DNA from: Candidatus Binatia bacterium
GTDB taxonomy: Bacteria > Desulfobacterota > Binatia > HRBIN30
Assembly: GCA_038245295.1 (NCBI GenBank)
Contig: JBBRSP010000014.1
Coordinates: 32,001-96,000, forward strand
Direction: 5' to 3'
Length of the DNA: 64,000 nt
The first letter of the stretch is position 1; every line of letters begins with the position of its first letter. The notes beneath the pieces are model-generated. The model was not told where the DNA came from. It did not search any database and was given only the letters and a program-made list of their open reading frames with translations. Shown piece after piece: positions 45,651 through 56,886 of the stretch. The translations under genes and the position numbers were made by a program.

Positions 45651-46799
45651 TTAGGCCAAGCCCATACGCTTGGCGATGATCACCTTCATGATCTCGTTCG
45701 TGCCGGCGTAGATGCTCTGCACGGCCGCATCCGCATAGTCCATCGAGATCGGGTATTCCTTCATAAAGCCGTAGCCGCCGTGCAGTTGCAAACACTCGCC
45801 CGTGACACGCTTCTGCAGATCGGTTGTCCACCACTTGGCCATGCTGACTTCCTTGACGATCTCTTCGCCGCGCACATGCGCCGCCAACAGTTTGTCGACG
45901 AAGGCCTGCCCGACTTCGATCTCGGTCGCCAACTCGGCCAGCTTGAACTGCGTGTTCTGGAAACTGGCGATCGATTGGCCGAAGGCTTTGCGTTGGCGAC
46001 AGTACTCGATGGTGTCGTCAAGCGCCCGCCGGCACGACGCAATCGACGCCACACCGATACAGATGCGCTCCTGTTGCAGCTTCTCCATCAGCATCTTGAA
46101 GCCCTGCCCTTCCTTGCCGAGGATGTTCTCGACCGGGACAATGCAATCTTCGAAATGCAGCTCGCTGGTGTCCTGACCACGCAATCCGAGCTTATCGAGC
46201 TTCCGGCCACGCTGAAAACCGGGGCTGTTCGCCTCGACGAGGATCAAGCTCACACCCTTGTGCGCCGGCTTGGCATTCGGGTCGGTCTTGCAGACGACGA
46301 CGAACAGATCGGCGATCTGGCCGTTCGAGATGAACGTCTTGGAACCGTTCAGTACGTAATGATCACCCTGGCGTAGGGCGCGTGTCTGAACGTTGGCCAA
46401 ATCCGAGCCGGTACCCGGCTCCGTCATCGCCACGCCCATCACACATTCACCGCTGATCGCCTTGGTCAGGTACTTCTGCTTCTGCGCCTCGGTGCCGTAC
46501 GAAGTGATGTAGGGCATGCAGATGTCCGAGTGCAACGAGATCATCATCCCATGAGCGCGCATGTAGGCGAGCTCTTCCATGATGATGGCATCATAAAGAA
46601 AGTCGACGCCCGAGCCGCCGTATTCGGCTGGCGCGTTGGCGCCGAGAAAGCCTTCTTCGCCGGCGCGCCGCCAGGTGGCGCGGTCACTCATACCGCGCTC
46701 GTTCCACTCGCCGATCTTCGGCTCGATCTCCTTTGCCGCAAAGCGTTTGAACTGCTCGCGGAAAAGCTCGTGTTCTTCTGTGAAGATGTCTCGTTTCAT
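45651..46799 (-). CDS. Acyl-CoA dehydrogenase (long-chain type)
   Basis: AMTEPGTGSDL, LNGSKTFISNG, GQDTSELHF, RKAFG, QLHGGYG, IYAGTNEIMK. Start reset to ATG 46799. Confidence 0.95.
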   Translation of the reverse strand: MKRDIFTEEHELFREQFKRFAAKEIEPKIGEWNERGMSDRATWRRAGEEGFLGANAPAEYGGSGVDFLYDAIIMEELAYMRAHGMMISLHSDICMPYITSYGTEAQKQKYLTKAISGECVMGVAMTEPGTGSDLANVQTRALRQGDHYVLNGSKTFISNGQIADLFVVVCKTDPNAKPAHKGVSLILVEANSPGFQRGRKLDKLGLRGQDTSELHFEDCIVPVENILGKEGQGFKMLMEKLQQERICIGVASIASCRRALDDTIEYCRQRKAFGQSIASFQNTQFKLAELATEIEVGQAFVDKLLAAHVRGEEIVKEVSMAKWWTTDLQKRVTGECLQLHGGYGFMKEYPISMDYADAAVQSIYAGTNEIMKVIIAKRMGLA

Positions 46800-46944
46800 G
46801 GTTCTGCCTTTCTTACCTGTCATTGCGGCGGAGGCGCAAATCCACCCTTCATCGGACGCAACAATTTCACCCGCGTCCCGGCCGTCACCGCGACGACGCA
46901 TCTGATATGAGGGCCAGCGCACGTCCACCACAGGGGAGAAGCCG

Positions 46945-47346
46945 ATGCCGACCGATCATCCAAACGCCACACGCATCAAGCGCCTGTTCGAAGCCTTTCG
47001 CAGCGCCGATCTAGCAACGATTGAAGAGATGATTCCAGAGGACGCCGTCTGGCGTTTTCCCGGGCGCCACGGCCAGATCGCCGGCGAACACCGTGGCCGT
47101 CAGGCAATCCTCGGTTTTCTGCTTCAGGTACAATCCCTCACCAGCGGAACCTTCCATCTCAGTCTACTCGATGTCCTGGCCAACGATCACTGGGCGGTGG
47201 CGCTGTTCGTCGGCCATGCCGAACGCGATGGCAAGACACTCGACAATCCCACCTGCCTGCGCATGCGCCTCGATGCCGACGGGCGTGTCGTCGAGGTATG
47301 GGAGTTTGTCTGGGACCTGTGGAGCGTCGACGAGTTCTGGAGATAG
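46945..47346 (+). CDS. SnoaL-like / NTF2 family protein
   Basis: HPN...I.RLFEAF...D, DAVW.FPG....AG.HRG, DGRVVEVW. Confidence 0.85.
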   Translation: MPTDHPNATRIKRLFEAFRSADLATIEEMIPEDAVWRFPGRHGQIAGEHRGRQAILGFLLQVQSLTSGTFHLSLLDVLANDHWAVALFVGHAERDGKTLDNPTCLRMRLDADGRVVEVWEFVWDLWSVDEFWR

Positions 47347-47370
47347 CCGACACAACGCGCGACACGAACC

Positions 47371-50300
47371 TCACCCAACCGCCGGGTCCCGCGGCCTGCC
47401 GCCGGCGTTGAGTTCGACGAAGAGTTCACAGCCGAGCGGACGCAAAACGGCCCGGGCTTCCGCGAGTGCGCTGGTTCGCCGCTCGGCGGAACGCGCCAGG
47501 CTTGCCTGATCGAGGTGAACCAGGGCCTGCTCCAGGGGCATATGTAAACGTGTCGCAATCGCCAGACTGCGTTGCCACGCCCGCTGCGCCGCGGCTTCAT
47601 GCCCAGCCGCCGCCGACAGGCGAGCTCGAGCCCGATGAAAGGCCGGAGCAGCGATCGGAAACAAGAGCGCGAAGCGCCGCAGCGTCTGCATCGCCAGGCG
47701 AAGTTCGGGCGTCACATCACCACCCGCCTGGCGCAGCCAGAAGAGCACCTCCGCCGCTGCGGCGACACCATCGACACACTGCCCCGTCGCCGGCCATTCG
47801 CCGCGATTCAGGCGACCGGTCAGGCGGCGACAGGCGGCGGTCGCCACGGCGGTGTTACCGCAATGAAGCGCGGCGCGGGCCAGCGTGCCGTCCAACATCA
47901 CGTTGGAGAGCGTGTCCGGAAGGTGTTCGATCAAATCCTTTGCCGCGCTGGCGAGGGCGAACGCCTGCGCCGCCTCGCCGCGCGCGAGCAACGACCGCGC
48001 TGACATGAATTTGGCCCAGCCGACATGCTGAGCGTTCGAGCGGCGCGACGCCATGCGGCGAACGTGCTCGATCTGCTCGTCGGCACCGACGACATCGCCG
48101 GCATAGTAGAACCCATGTGCCGCGATCGTCCGCGAGATCTCCGCCTCGTGGGCATCACTGATCGACTCGAACAGCTCGGCCGCTTCGATCCCCAAGGCGC
48201 GTGTCTCTTGCCAACGCGCCAACCCAACGCAGTGCATCGCCTCCAGGTAGAGAGCCAGGGCGCGGCCGCGCGTATCGCCGCGCCTGCGTGCCACGCGTTG
48301 CGCTTGCCCAAAATAATGTCGCGCGACGGTGCCGGCGCGCGCCGTGCCGAACACAAATCCCAGGTTGGCGTACGATTGCACAGTCGCCGCATCGGCGCCG
48401 CAGCGCTCGGCTGCCGCCAGACCACGCAGGATCGCCGCCAAGGTGCGCGTCGGGTCTCCCGCAAAGAAGTAGAGGGTCGACAACTGGTTCCAGGCCAGGG
48501 AAGCCTCAAGCACGACTTCCGAGGCTTCGCGGGACAACACCGGACGCCAACGCTGCGGCACAGCCAGGCCGACGACGCGACGGCCCGAAGCGCCTAACAC
48601 GGCGCGTAATGCGCCGAGGCGCGATTCCGGGGGAGGCTTGCCGAGGCCGCGCAGCGCCTGCTCTGCATAAGCGATACTCTCGGATAGGTCGGCAACACCG
48701 AACGCAGCTACGCTAAGCATGCGCTGGCGCCGGGGTTGGCTGATGGCAGACGCGGGCGGCGCCGCCACCTCAGAGGCGCGCTGCAGCGCGGCGTAGGCTT
48801 CACCATACGCGCCGGCCCGCAGCGCGTATTCGCCGGCAAGATCAAACTAATGCGTTACGCGCTCGCCGTCGCCTGCCACAAACCAATGATGTGCCAATTG
48901 TGATGACAGGCCCTCCATCTCAGGCCGCCCGGCGTGGCGGGCCTCCAAAAGACGCGCGGCGCGCTCATGCAACTCCGGACGTCGTTGCGGCGATAGCTCG
49001 GCGTAGGCAACTTCGCGCAGTTGATCGTGCGAGAATCGCAGTTTGCCGTCGCCGGCATCGTCGAAGATTTGCCCCGCACCAGGGTCGACAGGACCTCCAG
49101 CTCGCGATCCCCGTCGAGCGACGCCAGCTGACGGAGCGCCGCCGCATCGAGCTCGCGACCAAACACGGAGGCGGCCTGCACCACGTCCAACACGCCGGGC
49201 GGCAAGCGGCGCAGGCGGTCCAGAATGAGATTCTTCACGTTGCCCGGCAGCCAGAGAGCCACCGGCTCGCCGAAGGGACGTGGCCGCATCTGCCAATGGC
49301 CGCGGTCGCGCTGCAGAACCTCCGTCGCCACCGCAGCGCGCAGATACTCCCCGACAAAGAGTGGGTTGCCTTCGCATCGTTGCAGTAGTGCCTCCATCAG
49401 GTCGGCGGGCGGACGGGCGACCGCAAGCATGGCGCCGACCATCGTCGTGAGGCTTTGCGTATCCAGGCGTCCGAGCTCCAGCAGCGTCGCACCCGGACTC
49501 GCGGCCAGCCGTTCGACGGCCGGCGTGGCTTCACCGCTGCGATAGGTGCCCAGAAATACTGCCGGCATCTCGGCGGCGGCCCCGGCCGCCAGCGAGCTGA
49601 GGGCGGCAATCGACAAATCGTCCGCCCACTGCAGGTCATCGATCACCATCAAGGTTGGGGTGCGACGCATGAACGCGGCGATCGTTTCGATCAAGTCCGA
49701 CAGTATGCGCGCCCTTGCCGCTTCACCATCCAGAGACTCGGGCTCCGGCTGGGAGTCGAAACCCGGCACCGAGGCTAGTGACGATTCAAAGGCGGCCAGA
49801 GTGCGGGCCCGCGGGCCGAGAATTTCAGCCGTAGCGGCAGCGCCGCCATAGCGGCAATCGTCAGCAATCGCGCGCAACAGCGGCACGAACGGGTGTAGCG
49901 CCGCGCCGTGCACCTCCGGACCTCCGGCGTTGGAACGGATTGGCAGGCACTCGCCCGTCAGCACCCGCATGTGCGATTCGGTGGCCCGGCGCGTCGCCTC
50001 CATGGCAAAGCGTGTCTTCCCGACGCCGCTCTCCCCAGCCACCATCGCCACGCCACCGCGCCCCCGGCCAGCCTCGGCAAACAGGCCGTCCATCGTTGCC
50101 AGTGGATCGTTACGGCCGACGAAGCCGGCCCGATACAGGTAGGTCGGGGCAACTGTCGGATCGTCGTAGCCGCGTTCGCCGCTCATCTGTCGCAGCGCGG
50201 CAGCAATGTCCGAGGCGTAGCCCGGCCGCTCTGCCGGCTCATTGTGGAGCAGCGATAGGACGAGATCCTCGAGTGGGCGCGGCACATCGGCGAAGCACGA

Positions 50301-51005
50301 CGGTCGCGGAGCGGCGGCGCGTGCCCGCCCAGTCCAGAGATCCCGCTCGGCCAGAGTGAACGGCAGACGCGCCGTCAGCGCCTCGTACATCATGATGCCG
50401 ACAGAAAAGAGATCCGAGCGGGCATCGACATATTCGCCGCGAAACTGTTCTGGCGACATGTAGATGGGCGTGCCGTAGATGAGCCCGCCCGCCTCGAGCG
50501 ACTCGCGTGAGACGGCGCCCGCAAAGTGGCTGGCGAAGCCGAAATCGACCAGCACTGGCTCATCGTTCGGGCGCAACATCACATTCGCCGGTTTGAGGTC
50601 GCGGTGCACCACCCCTTCGCCATGGAGAAAGGCAAGCGTATCGCACAGCCGCGCAAACAGCCTCGTGACGCGGGACGGCTCGACCGCATCGCGGCCAGCG
50701 TTCCAGCGTTCCTCAAGCGTCGGTTCCTCGAGTAGCTCCATGGCGTACCACGGCAGACCGTCCTCCACACCGTGATCCAGGATGGACACAACGCCAGAAT
50801 GGCGGACACACGCCAGCGTGTAGATCTCGCGCCGCAGACATTCGAGATCTTCCCGATGCCGCGAGAACAAGGCCTTGAGCGCCACCGGCCGCTCAACATC
50901 GGGGTGGACCGCGCGGTACACGACGCCGCCGGCGCCCTGCGAGATCCTTGCAGTTATTCGATACGGTCCGACCGAAGACGGCAAGGGAACTTCGGAATCG
51001 ATCAT
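47371..51005 (-). pseudogene. Ser/Thr kinase-AAA ATPase-TPR multidomain gene disrupted by a frameshift (about 49072) and an in-frame TAG (48847-48849)
   Basis: VALK, HRDLKPAN, DFG, GTPIYMSPE; GESGVGKT, IDDLQWAD, GNPLF. Homology continues in another frame (FSHDQLREVAY...LAHHW), hits TAG, then resumes in frame (AGEYALRAGAY) into ORF 47371..48768. Confidence 0.8.
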
Positions 51006-51047
51006 GCTTACCGCGATCTTAGCGCCGGGCTTGCGGCACGCACCCGA

Positions 51048-52013
51048 TCAGATCTCCTGGCCGGTGAGTCGCAGATCCACCGTCACATGAACGCACACGG
51101 GAAGGTGCTGCCGCGTTTCGATCCCAAGCGTATCGGCGAGACGCAAGCTCGCATACGGCTCGACAACCAGGTCGCGCCCGAACAACGTCGCCACAGGATG
51201 AACATCGGGCGCGGCGCGAAACTCGAACTGCGCGCCGACGACCTCCTGGTAGCAGACAGGGTCGCCTCCCGTCTCGGCGGCGCTGCGGAATTGCTTGAGA
51301 AAGACCAGCCGCAGGCGATCGAATCCGGTTACGTCCGTCACCAATTCACCCAACTCGATCCCGAGCGTATCCAGAACCGACTCGATCAAATTTTGGGTGA
51401 TGTTCTCCGTCGTGTCGGCGACCTCCTCCGCCAGCGTCTTGCCGAGGAGCTTGGTCATTAGTCCCGCCGTGCCACTCTGCTTGACCGCCAGAACCGTCTC
51501 TTCGGTCGCCGGCTTGTTTGGGTCGTACTCGCGGAACACCAAGGACTCGACGCTGAAGACGACGTCAGGCGCGTGCCAGGCGATGCGACCGAGGATCTTT
51601 GGGAAACCAAAGATCTCGCGGCCCATGATCACGCCGGCGGGATTGTCGACCCACAAAAAGGGGTTGAGCAGATGGATGCCGCGATCGACGCCGTCGACCG
51701 TCAACTTGACAGGAACGAATACAGCCACATCGCGCTCGCTGATAAAGCCCTTCTTGGCGTCCTCGGGATCCTCCGAGCGGATCTTTGGGAAGCTGGCGCA
51801 GGCAAGGACGGCAAGGCAGCGATCGCCCGCACTTGGCCATGGCGTCGCGATGACCCGTCCGCCCGACGGCACCTGAATTCGCTCGTCACACAACTTCTGC
51901 ACATGTGAGCGCGAAGCCCGGAACGGGAAGACAAACAAATCGGCGCCATCAATCAGGACGGGCTGGCGATGACACCAGTCGCCGTCACAACGCACGAACA
52001 CTGCGTCACTCAT
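51048..52013 (-). CDS. Acetoacetate-decarboxylase-like protein
   Basis: PFLWVDNP....GREIFGFPK (Schiff-base Lys motif), VFLKQFR. Confidence 0.7.
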   Translation of the reverse strand: MSDAVFVRCDGDWCHRQPVLIDGADLFVFPFRASRSHVQKLCDERIQVPSGGRVIATPWPSAGDRCLAVLACASFPKIRSEDPEDAKKGFISERDVAVFVPVKLTVDGVDRGIHLLNPFLWVDNPAGVIMGREIFGFPKILGRIAWHAPDVVFSVESLVFREYDPNKPATEETVLAVKQSGTAGLMTKLLGKTLAEEVADTTENITQNLIESVLDTLGIELGELVTDVTGFDRLRLVFLKQFRSAAETGGDPVCYQEVVGAQFEFRAAPDVHPVATLFGRDLVVEPYASLRLADTLGIETRQHLPVCVHVTVDLRLTGQEI

Positions 52014-53992
52014 GGTTTAACACGCCCTTCCTGAATCGCCTTGCCCGCCAGCAGACCGCCTTCCGTCGCCGACTCGAGGCAGCCGGAACTGAGTTCCGTA
52101 CGCACCCAGTCACCGGCGACCGCGAGATTGCGGAAGCCAGTGTCGCCGGGCTCCAACCGATGCTGCGGAGACTTCGGACCGACGGTCACGTATCGTTCCG
52201 ATCCCTCGTTGTTCTTGCGGAAGTACTGCGCCTGTAGCCGTTGCATGCCGCTGTGCGCCGCGTCAGGGTCATGCAGCATGGCCATGGAGAAGTTAGGCCA
52301 AATGCCATTCGCCTTGGTCGCGAGCCACGCCGCGGCGCTCTTCTGGATGTCGGGGTCGTCGGGGTGGTCCGTCTCATGGAACTCGTCGCACAGGTAGTGC
52401 ACGGAAACGGGACCACCTTCGGGCCAATTCTCGATCGGGATGAGGTGCGACATGTCGACCCACGCATTGAACGGGCGCTCGTAGGAGATGAGCATCCCCT
52501 CCTCGGGCTGCTCCTCCCAGCCGAGTTCGCGGCTGCCCTTGGTCAACCACAACTGCACCGCCTGGGTCCCGACCGTGGTCGCCGTTGAAGTTGCCTGTTT
52601 GAACCTCGGACTGGCGTTCTCCAGTTCACCGACCAGGGCCGGCGTGAGTCCGCCCATCGAGATGCCGAGGACAACCACGTCGAAACCGTCCGCTCCCTCC
52701 TGCCCACGGCGCAGTGTCAGAGACGTCGTCGGCCCCTTACTGATCGGCGGGGCATGGAATGGCCATGCCAGACGGACCGAGCCGTCCTTGCCGGTGACCG
52801 GGGCGAGCGGATCATTGTACTGCGCCGCGTCGATCGGCAACCGGAAATCGATTGCCGAAACCACCGGCGTCGCACCGTCCGCTTCGACGTGCAGCTTCGT
52901 CACCTCGTGCATGAAGCGAAACCTCACACCGCGTTGCTTCAGCGCCAGGTAAATCGGCGCGAAGACGATCTCTCCCATGCCGCCTTTCATCTTGTACGAA
53001 AAGTGGCCCGCGTAGTCGAAGACCATACGCAGAACGGCATGCAAGGTTACGCCCGTGGCCAGACCGGTGCGTCGGCTGAACGCCAGATCATAGAGAGCCA
53101 AGATGGGTGCGGACTCGTGTCCCAGGTAAGCGGGAATGTCCTTCGGCCCATGTTTCTTCAACCAGTCACGGTAATCGATGTCGTTCAGGTGGGCGATTCC
53201 CCGGGACAGCACATCGTCGCGCAGCACGCCGGTGATGTTGGCGGCGAGCAGGTAGACGACAATCCACGCACGCCGCACCGCAGGCTCATCCATCCGCGGC
53301 TGCGCCAAGCGCCAGATCGCCCCAACCGCCTTATCGATCAGCATTAAGACGGGTTCCTCGGCGGCGGCTTCCAGGAAGTTGCCGACAACCTCCCCCGCCA
53401 GCGCCAAGGCATGTTCCACCCCGTGAACGATCGCGATGAATTTGTCGATGCCCCGGGGCAACTGGTCGAGAAAAATATCGGCGTGCGAAATGCCCATATC
53501 TGCCGCCAGAGCTTTGCACCGCTGCACGAACTCACTCAACGACTGACGCACCAGAGCGGCCAGCCCTGGTCGGCTCGTACGAAAGCCCGGGGCCTGACCA
53601 TTCGCGGGGAAATGGGCCAACCACGGCTGCTTCTGCCACACACCGGCCGGGTGCTGCTCGGCCATCCAGATGTGGTCCCAAGGCAGCAGCACATCGTTGA
53701 ACTCCGGCAAGAGAGTTGCCGGGTCCGCGGCGTGCACCTCCTTGTAAGCGACGCGCAACAGGGACAGCGCCGAGTTGTAGAATCCGAGCAAGAGGTGTAG
53801 GCCGTGCTCGTGAATTCTCTGCCCGTTCAACGAATCGCGCGTGCTGGCGCCCTTACCTCCGAGCAACCAATCCTTCTGGTAGACGGTGATCTCGAAGCGC
53901 TCGGGATCGGCACCGTGGGTCAGCGCCCAGGCGGTCGCCAGCGAACCCATCCCTCCACCTAAGATCGCCACTCGAATCTTGTCAGACGGCAT
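52010..53992 (-). CDS. FAD/NAD(P)-binding oxidoreductase (carotene-desaturase-like N-terminus), uncharacterised
   Basis: VAILGGGMG, LGGKGAS, IHEHGLH...GFY, GMGE.VFAP, NL..AGDW, GCLESA..GG. Strong GGAGG RBS. Confidence 0.8.
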   Translation of the reverse strand: MPSDKIRVAILGGGMGSLATAWALTHGADPERFEITVYQKDWLLGGKGASTRDSLNGQRIHEHGLHLLLGFYNSALSLLRVAYKEVHAADPATLLPEFNDVLLPWDHIWMAEQHPAGVWQKQPWLAHFPANGQAPGFRTSRPGLAALVRQSLSEFVQRCKALAADMGISHADIFLDQLPRGIDKFIAIVHGVEHALALAGEVVGNFLEAAAEEPVLMLIDKAVGAIWRLAQPRMDEPAVRRAWIVVYLLAANITGVLRDDVLSRGIAHLNDIDYRDWLKKHGPKDIPAYLGHESAPILALYDLAFSRRTGLATGVTLHAVLRMVFDYAGHFSYKMKGGMGEIVFAPIYLALKQRGVRFRFMHEVTKLHVEADGATPVVSAIDFRLPIDAAQYNDPLAPVTGKDGSVRLAWPFHAPPISKGPTTSLTLRRGQEGADGFDVVVLGISMGGLTPALVGELENASPRFKQATSTATTVGTQAVQLWLTKGSRELGWEEQPEEGMLISYERPFNAWVDMSHLIPIENWPEGGPVSVHYLCDEFHETDHPDDPDIQKSAAAWLATKANGIWPNFSMAMLHDPDAAHSGMQRLQAQYFRKNNEGSERYVTVGPKSPQHRLEPGDTGFRNLAVAGDWVRTELSSGCLESATEGGLLAGKAIQEGRVKP

Positions 53993-54890
53993 GCCCCCTC
54001 CCCTCGGTTCCCTGACGGCGCCCGACTCTCATTCAGTCGCGCGCTATTTTGACGAAACGGTGCGTCTGTACCAGCTTTTCTGGCATGGTCCCACAGGCGC
54101 ATTACATTTCGGCATGCGCGGCGAGGAAGCCACCAATCACTATGAAGAGTTGTGGAACACCAACCGGGTCGTGGCCGACTTCGTCGGCATCTCGCCGGGG
54201 GAGCGCGTCCTCGATGCCGGCTGCGGTATCGGTGGCAGTGCCTTGTGGTTGGCCCAGCAGCGGCAAGCCGCCGTAGTCGGTGTCACGCTGAGCGAGTCGC
54301 AGCTCCGCGTCGCCCAGCAAGCGGTGCGACAGCAGGCGATGACGGCGCGCGTCGAGTTCCTCCGGCGCGACTACGTCAACACGCAGTTGCCGGATCGATC
54401 CTTCGACGTCGTTTGGGCGCTCGAAAGCGCGTGCTACGCCGCCGACAAGCACGCCCTGTTACGCGAGGCATACCGGGTTTTGCGACCCGGCGGCCGTCTG
54501 GTCGTGGCAGACGGCTTTCTGAAAAGTGCCCCCCGGGGACACATCGAGGCCCGCCTGTTCGATTCGTTCACGCGCGGGCTGGTCCTGCCTGTTTTGCCGA
54601 CCGTCGACTTCTTCCAAGAAGCGATGGCCGAGTGCGGGTTCAGCTCGGTCACGACACAAAACCATGACGATGACGTGCGCGGCTCCTGCAACCGCCTGTT
54701 CTGGCGCTGCCTACTTACCTACCCGATGGCTAGGCTGGCACACACGCTGGGCCGGGTGTCGCGCTTACAACTGGCGAACAGCCGTGCCGGTATCGCCGCC
54801 GCCTCGCTCCTGCGCACGGGCGTGCTCGAGTATGCGCTGATCAAGGGCGTCAAGGATGTGGCCCCAGGTCCGAGCCGCGCCGGAGTCTGA
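53991..54890 (+). CDS. SAM-dependent methyltransferase (tocopherol/sterol methyltransferase-like)
   Basis: LHFG, RVLDAGCGIGGS, GVTLS..Q, SFDVVWALES, RVLRPGGRLVVAD. Start uncertain. Confidence 0.85.
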   Translation: MPPPLGSLTAPDSHSVARYFDETVRLYQLFWHGPTGALHFGMRGEEATNHYEELWNTNRVVADFVGISPGERVLDAGCGIGGSALWLAQQRQAAVVGVTLSESQLRVAQQAVRQQAMTARVEFLRRDYVNTQLPDRSFDVVWALESACYAADKHALLREAYRVLRPGGRLVVADGFLKSAPRGHIEARLFDSFTRGLVLPVLPTVDFFQEAMAECGFSSVTTQNHDDDVRGSCNRLFWRCLLTYPMARLAHTLGRVSRLQLANSRAGIAAASLLRTGVLEYALIKGVKDVAPGPSRAGV

Positions 54891-54906
54891 AGACAACCGC
54901 GTGGTG

Positions 54907-55485
54907 CTACGGCTGTAACAAGCGCATCACCCAAGCCTTGCCGCGGCGCAGGAAGACTTCACGGTGATGCAGTCGCGACTCGCCGCGGGTCCAGAATTCG
55001 ATGCGCTCGGGCACGACGCGGTAGCCGCTCCATTCGGGCGGCCGCGGCACGTCCTTATCCTCCATCAACTTCGTGAAGCCCTTCAAACGAGTCACCAGCG
55101 TCTGCCGGTCGTCGATCGGTTGGCTCTGCGCCGAGACAGAACCGGCCAACTGACTACCGCGCGGCCGCGACTTCCAATAGGCGTCGGCCTCGGCGGCGGT
55201 CACCGCCCGCACCCGCCCTTCGACGCGCACTTGGCGACCGAGGATGTCCCAGTAGAAGGCCAACGCGGCGCGCTTGTTGTCGGCAAGCTCGCAGCCTTTG
55301 CGACTCAGCGTGTTGGTATAGAAGACGAAGCCGGTTTGATCGGCACCCTTGAGCAGCACATAGCGCACATCCGGGCGCCCAGCGGTGTCGGCTGTGGCCA
55401 AGGCCATTGCATCATATTGTGGCGCCCCCGATTTGGCGGCGGCACGGTACCAGCTTTGAAAACGACGGATCGGATCGATTGCCAT
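54907..55485 (-). CDS. pdxH: Pyridoxamine 5'-phosphate oxidase
   Basis: AMALAT, R.VLLK, FYTN..SRKG, RQVRVEG, YW.SRPRGSQ, S.QS, PRP..WSGY, IEFW....SRLH.R. Start reset to ATG 55485. Confidence 0.92.
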   Translation of the reverse strand: MAIDPIRRFQSWYRAAAKSGAPQYDAMALATADTAGRPDVRYVLLKGADQTGFVFYTNTLSRKGCELADNKRAALAFYWDILGRQVRVEGRVRAVTAAEADAYWKSRPRGSQLAGSVSAQSQPIDDRQTLVTRLKGFTKLMEDKDVPRPPEWSGYRVVPERIEFWTRGESRLHHREVFLRRGKAWVMRLLQP

Positions 55486-55553
55486 AGGCGGCTCGTACAC
55501 CGAGCGACCCGCTGAGAGAAGTAGGAGCCGACAATCGTGCGAGTGGCGCCGTC

Positions 55554-56714
55554 CTACGCGGCGACGCCGGAAGCGGTCTCTTCCAATTGATCCACCCGCG
55601 GACCACGCGTCAGCCACGCCCCCGCCGCCTTGCGTCCGGCCGCCTGCATCGCCGCCAATACCGAGCGTTCGAAGTAGAGATACGAACCAGCATTGAAGCA
55701 TTGTCCATCGCGCGCCGGCCGCACGGCTTCGTACAACTTTACCTCGCGATACCGCCCATCACTGCCCTCGGCGAGGCGATTGCGATCGAGCAGAAGCTTG
55801 CGGTCGACGTTGTACGCGTTCTCCAGGAAACTATCGACGGTGCGCTCGACGGCGCGTCCGAAATGGGCAAACGGTGTCGCTTCTTCCTCGGCCGCTTCGG
55901 TCACCAGCACCGTAACGATCTCTTCCGCGCCCAGGGCAACGACGGGGGCCAGGGGGGTGTTGACGAGAAGGCCGCCGTCCCACAGCAGGTAACCACCGAC
56001 ATTCACCGGTGGGAATAACAACGGGATGCTGCAGCTGGCCAGAACCATATCGACGGTGATGGCATCGACGAGGTGGTAGTCGGGCGGCCGGGTCAACGGC
56101 GTCTCGGTGGTCACGAAGCGCACGACGCGCCCCGTGTGCGCATCGACGGTGTTGATCGCCAGATGCACACCTCGGTTGGGGACCACGACTTCACCGCCGA
56201 ACGCCTCGACGAGTCGGCCGCGCAGGCTGCTGGTGTCGGCCAGATACGGAACCGCGATTCCCTCCAGAAGATCACTCACCAACTCGAAGCGCGCGGTCAG
56301 CAGATACTCGACAATCAACGCCATGGCACTACCGCGCTCCGGCGGAAAGTGATGGCGGGCACGCTGTAAGAATGTCGTCCAACGTCGCCCCGGAATGATC
56401 GATTGAAGCACCTCACGGCCGGCCAGTCGGAGCAACGTCTGCACGGCGCTCCAGAAGAACCGCGAGCTCACCACGGCCGGTGGGTCGTCGGCGATGCCAT
56501 TCCAGAACTCCATCATCTGGCGCGGCGTGTGACCGGCCGCAATGAAGGCGCTGTTGATGGCACCGGCCGAGGTGCCCGAGAGAACTGTCGGCCCGTCGGA
56601 GAAACGCGGATCGCGCAACAAACGCTCGTAGACGCCGACCTGGAAGGCGCCGCGCGCCCCACCACCCGAAAGGACAAGACCTAGTTTGCGATGCCGCCGC
56701 TTCGTCGTCGCCAT
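55554..56714 (-). CDS. Patatin-like phospholipase
   Basis: LSGGGARG, GTSAG, DGG. Start reset to ATG 56714 (GGAGGGAG RBS). Confidence 0.9.
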   Translation of the reverse strand: MATTKRRHRKLGLVLSGGGARGAFQVGVYERLLRDPRFSDGPTVLSGTSAGAINSAFIAAGHTPRQMMEFWNGIADDPPAVVSSRFFWSAVQTLLRLAGREVLQSIIPGRRWTTFLQRARHHFPPERGSAMALIVEYLLTARFELVSDLLEGIAVPYLADTSSLRGRLVEAFGGEVVVPNRGVHLAINTVDAHTGRVVRFVTTETPLTRPPDYHLVDAITVDMVLASCSIPLLFPPVNVGGYLLWDGGLLVNTPLAPVVALGAEEIVTVLVTEAAEEEATPFAHFGRAVERTVDSFLENAYNVDRKLLLDRNRLAEGSDGRYREVKLYEAVRPARDGQCFNAGSYLYFERSVLAAMQAAGRKAAGAWLTRGPRVDQLEETASGVAA

Positions 56715-56886
56715 GGGCTCTCCCTCCCGCAACCACCCCTCAAAGTTCCGCAACAATTCAACGTCTGGTCACAGTCTCGCGTTTTGCGCCGCTTTTCAAC
56801 CGAAACCGTGGAGGCAGGATGTTCGGTGTTACGGGCAGCGCCGCGTTCCCGCTCCTAACACCCCAACCCCTTGGCACTCTAAGACG

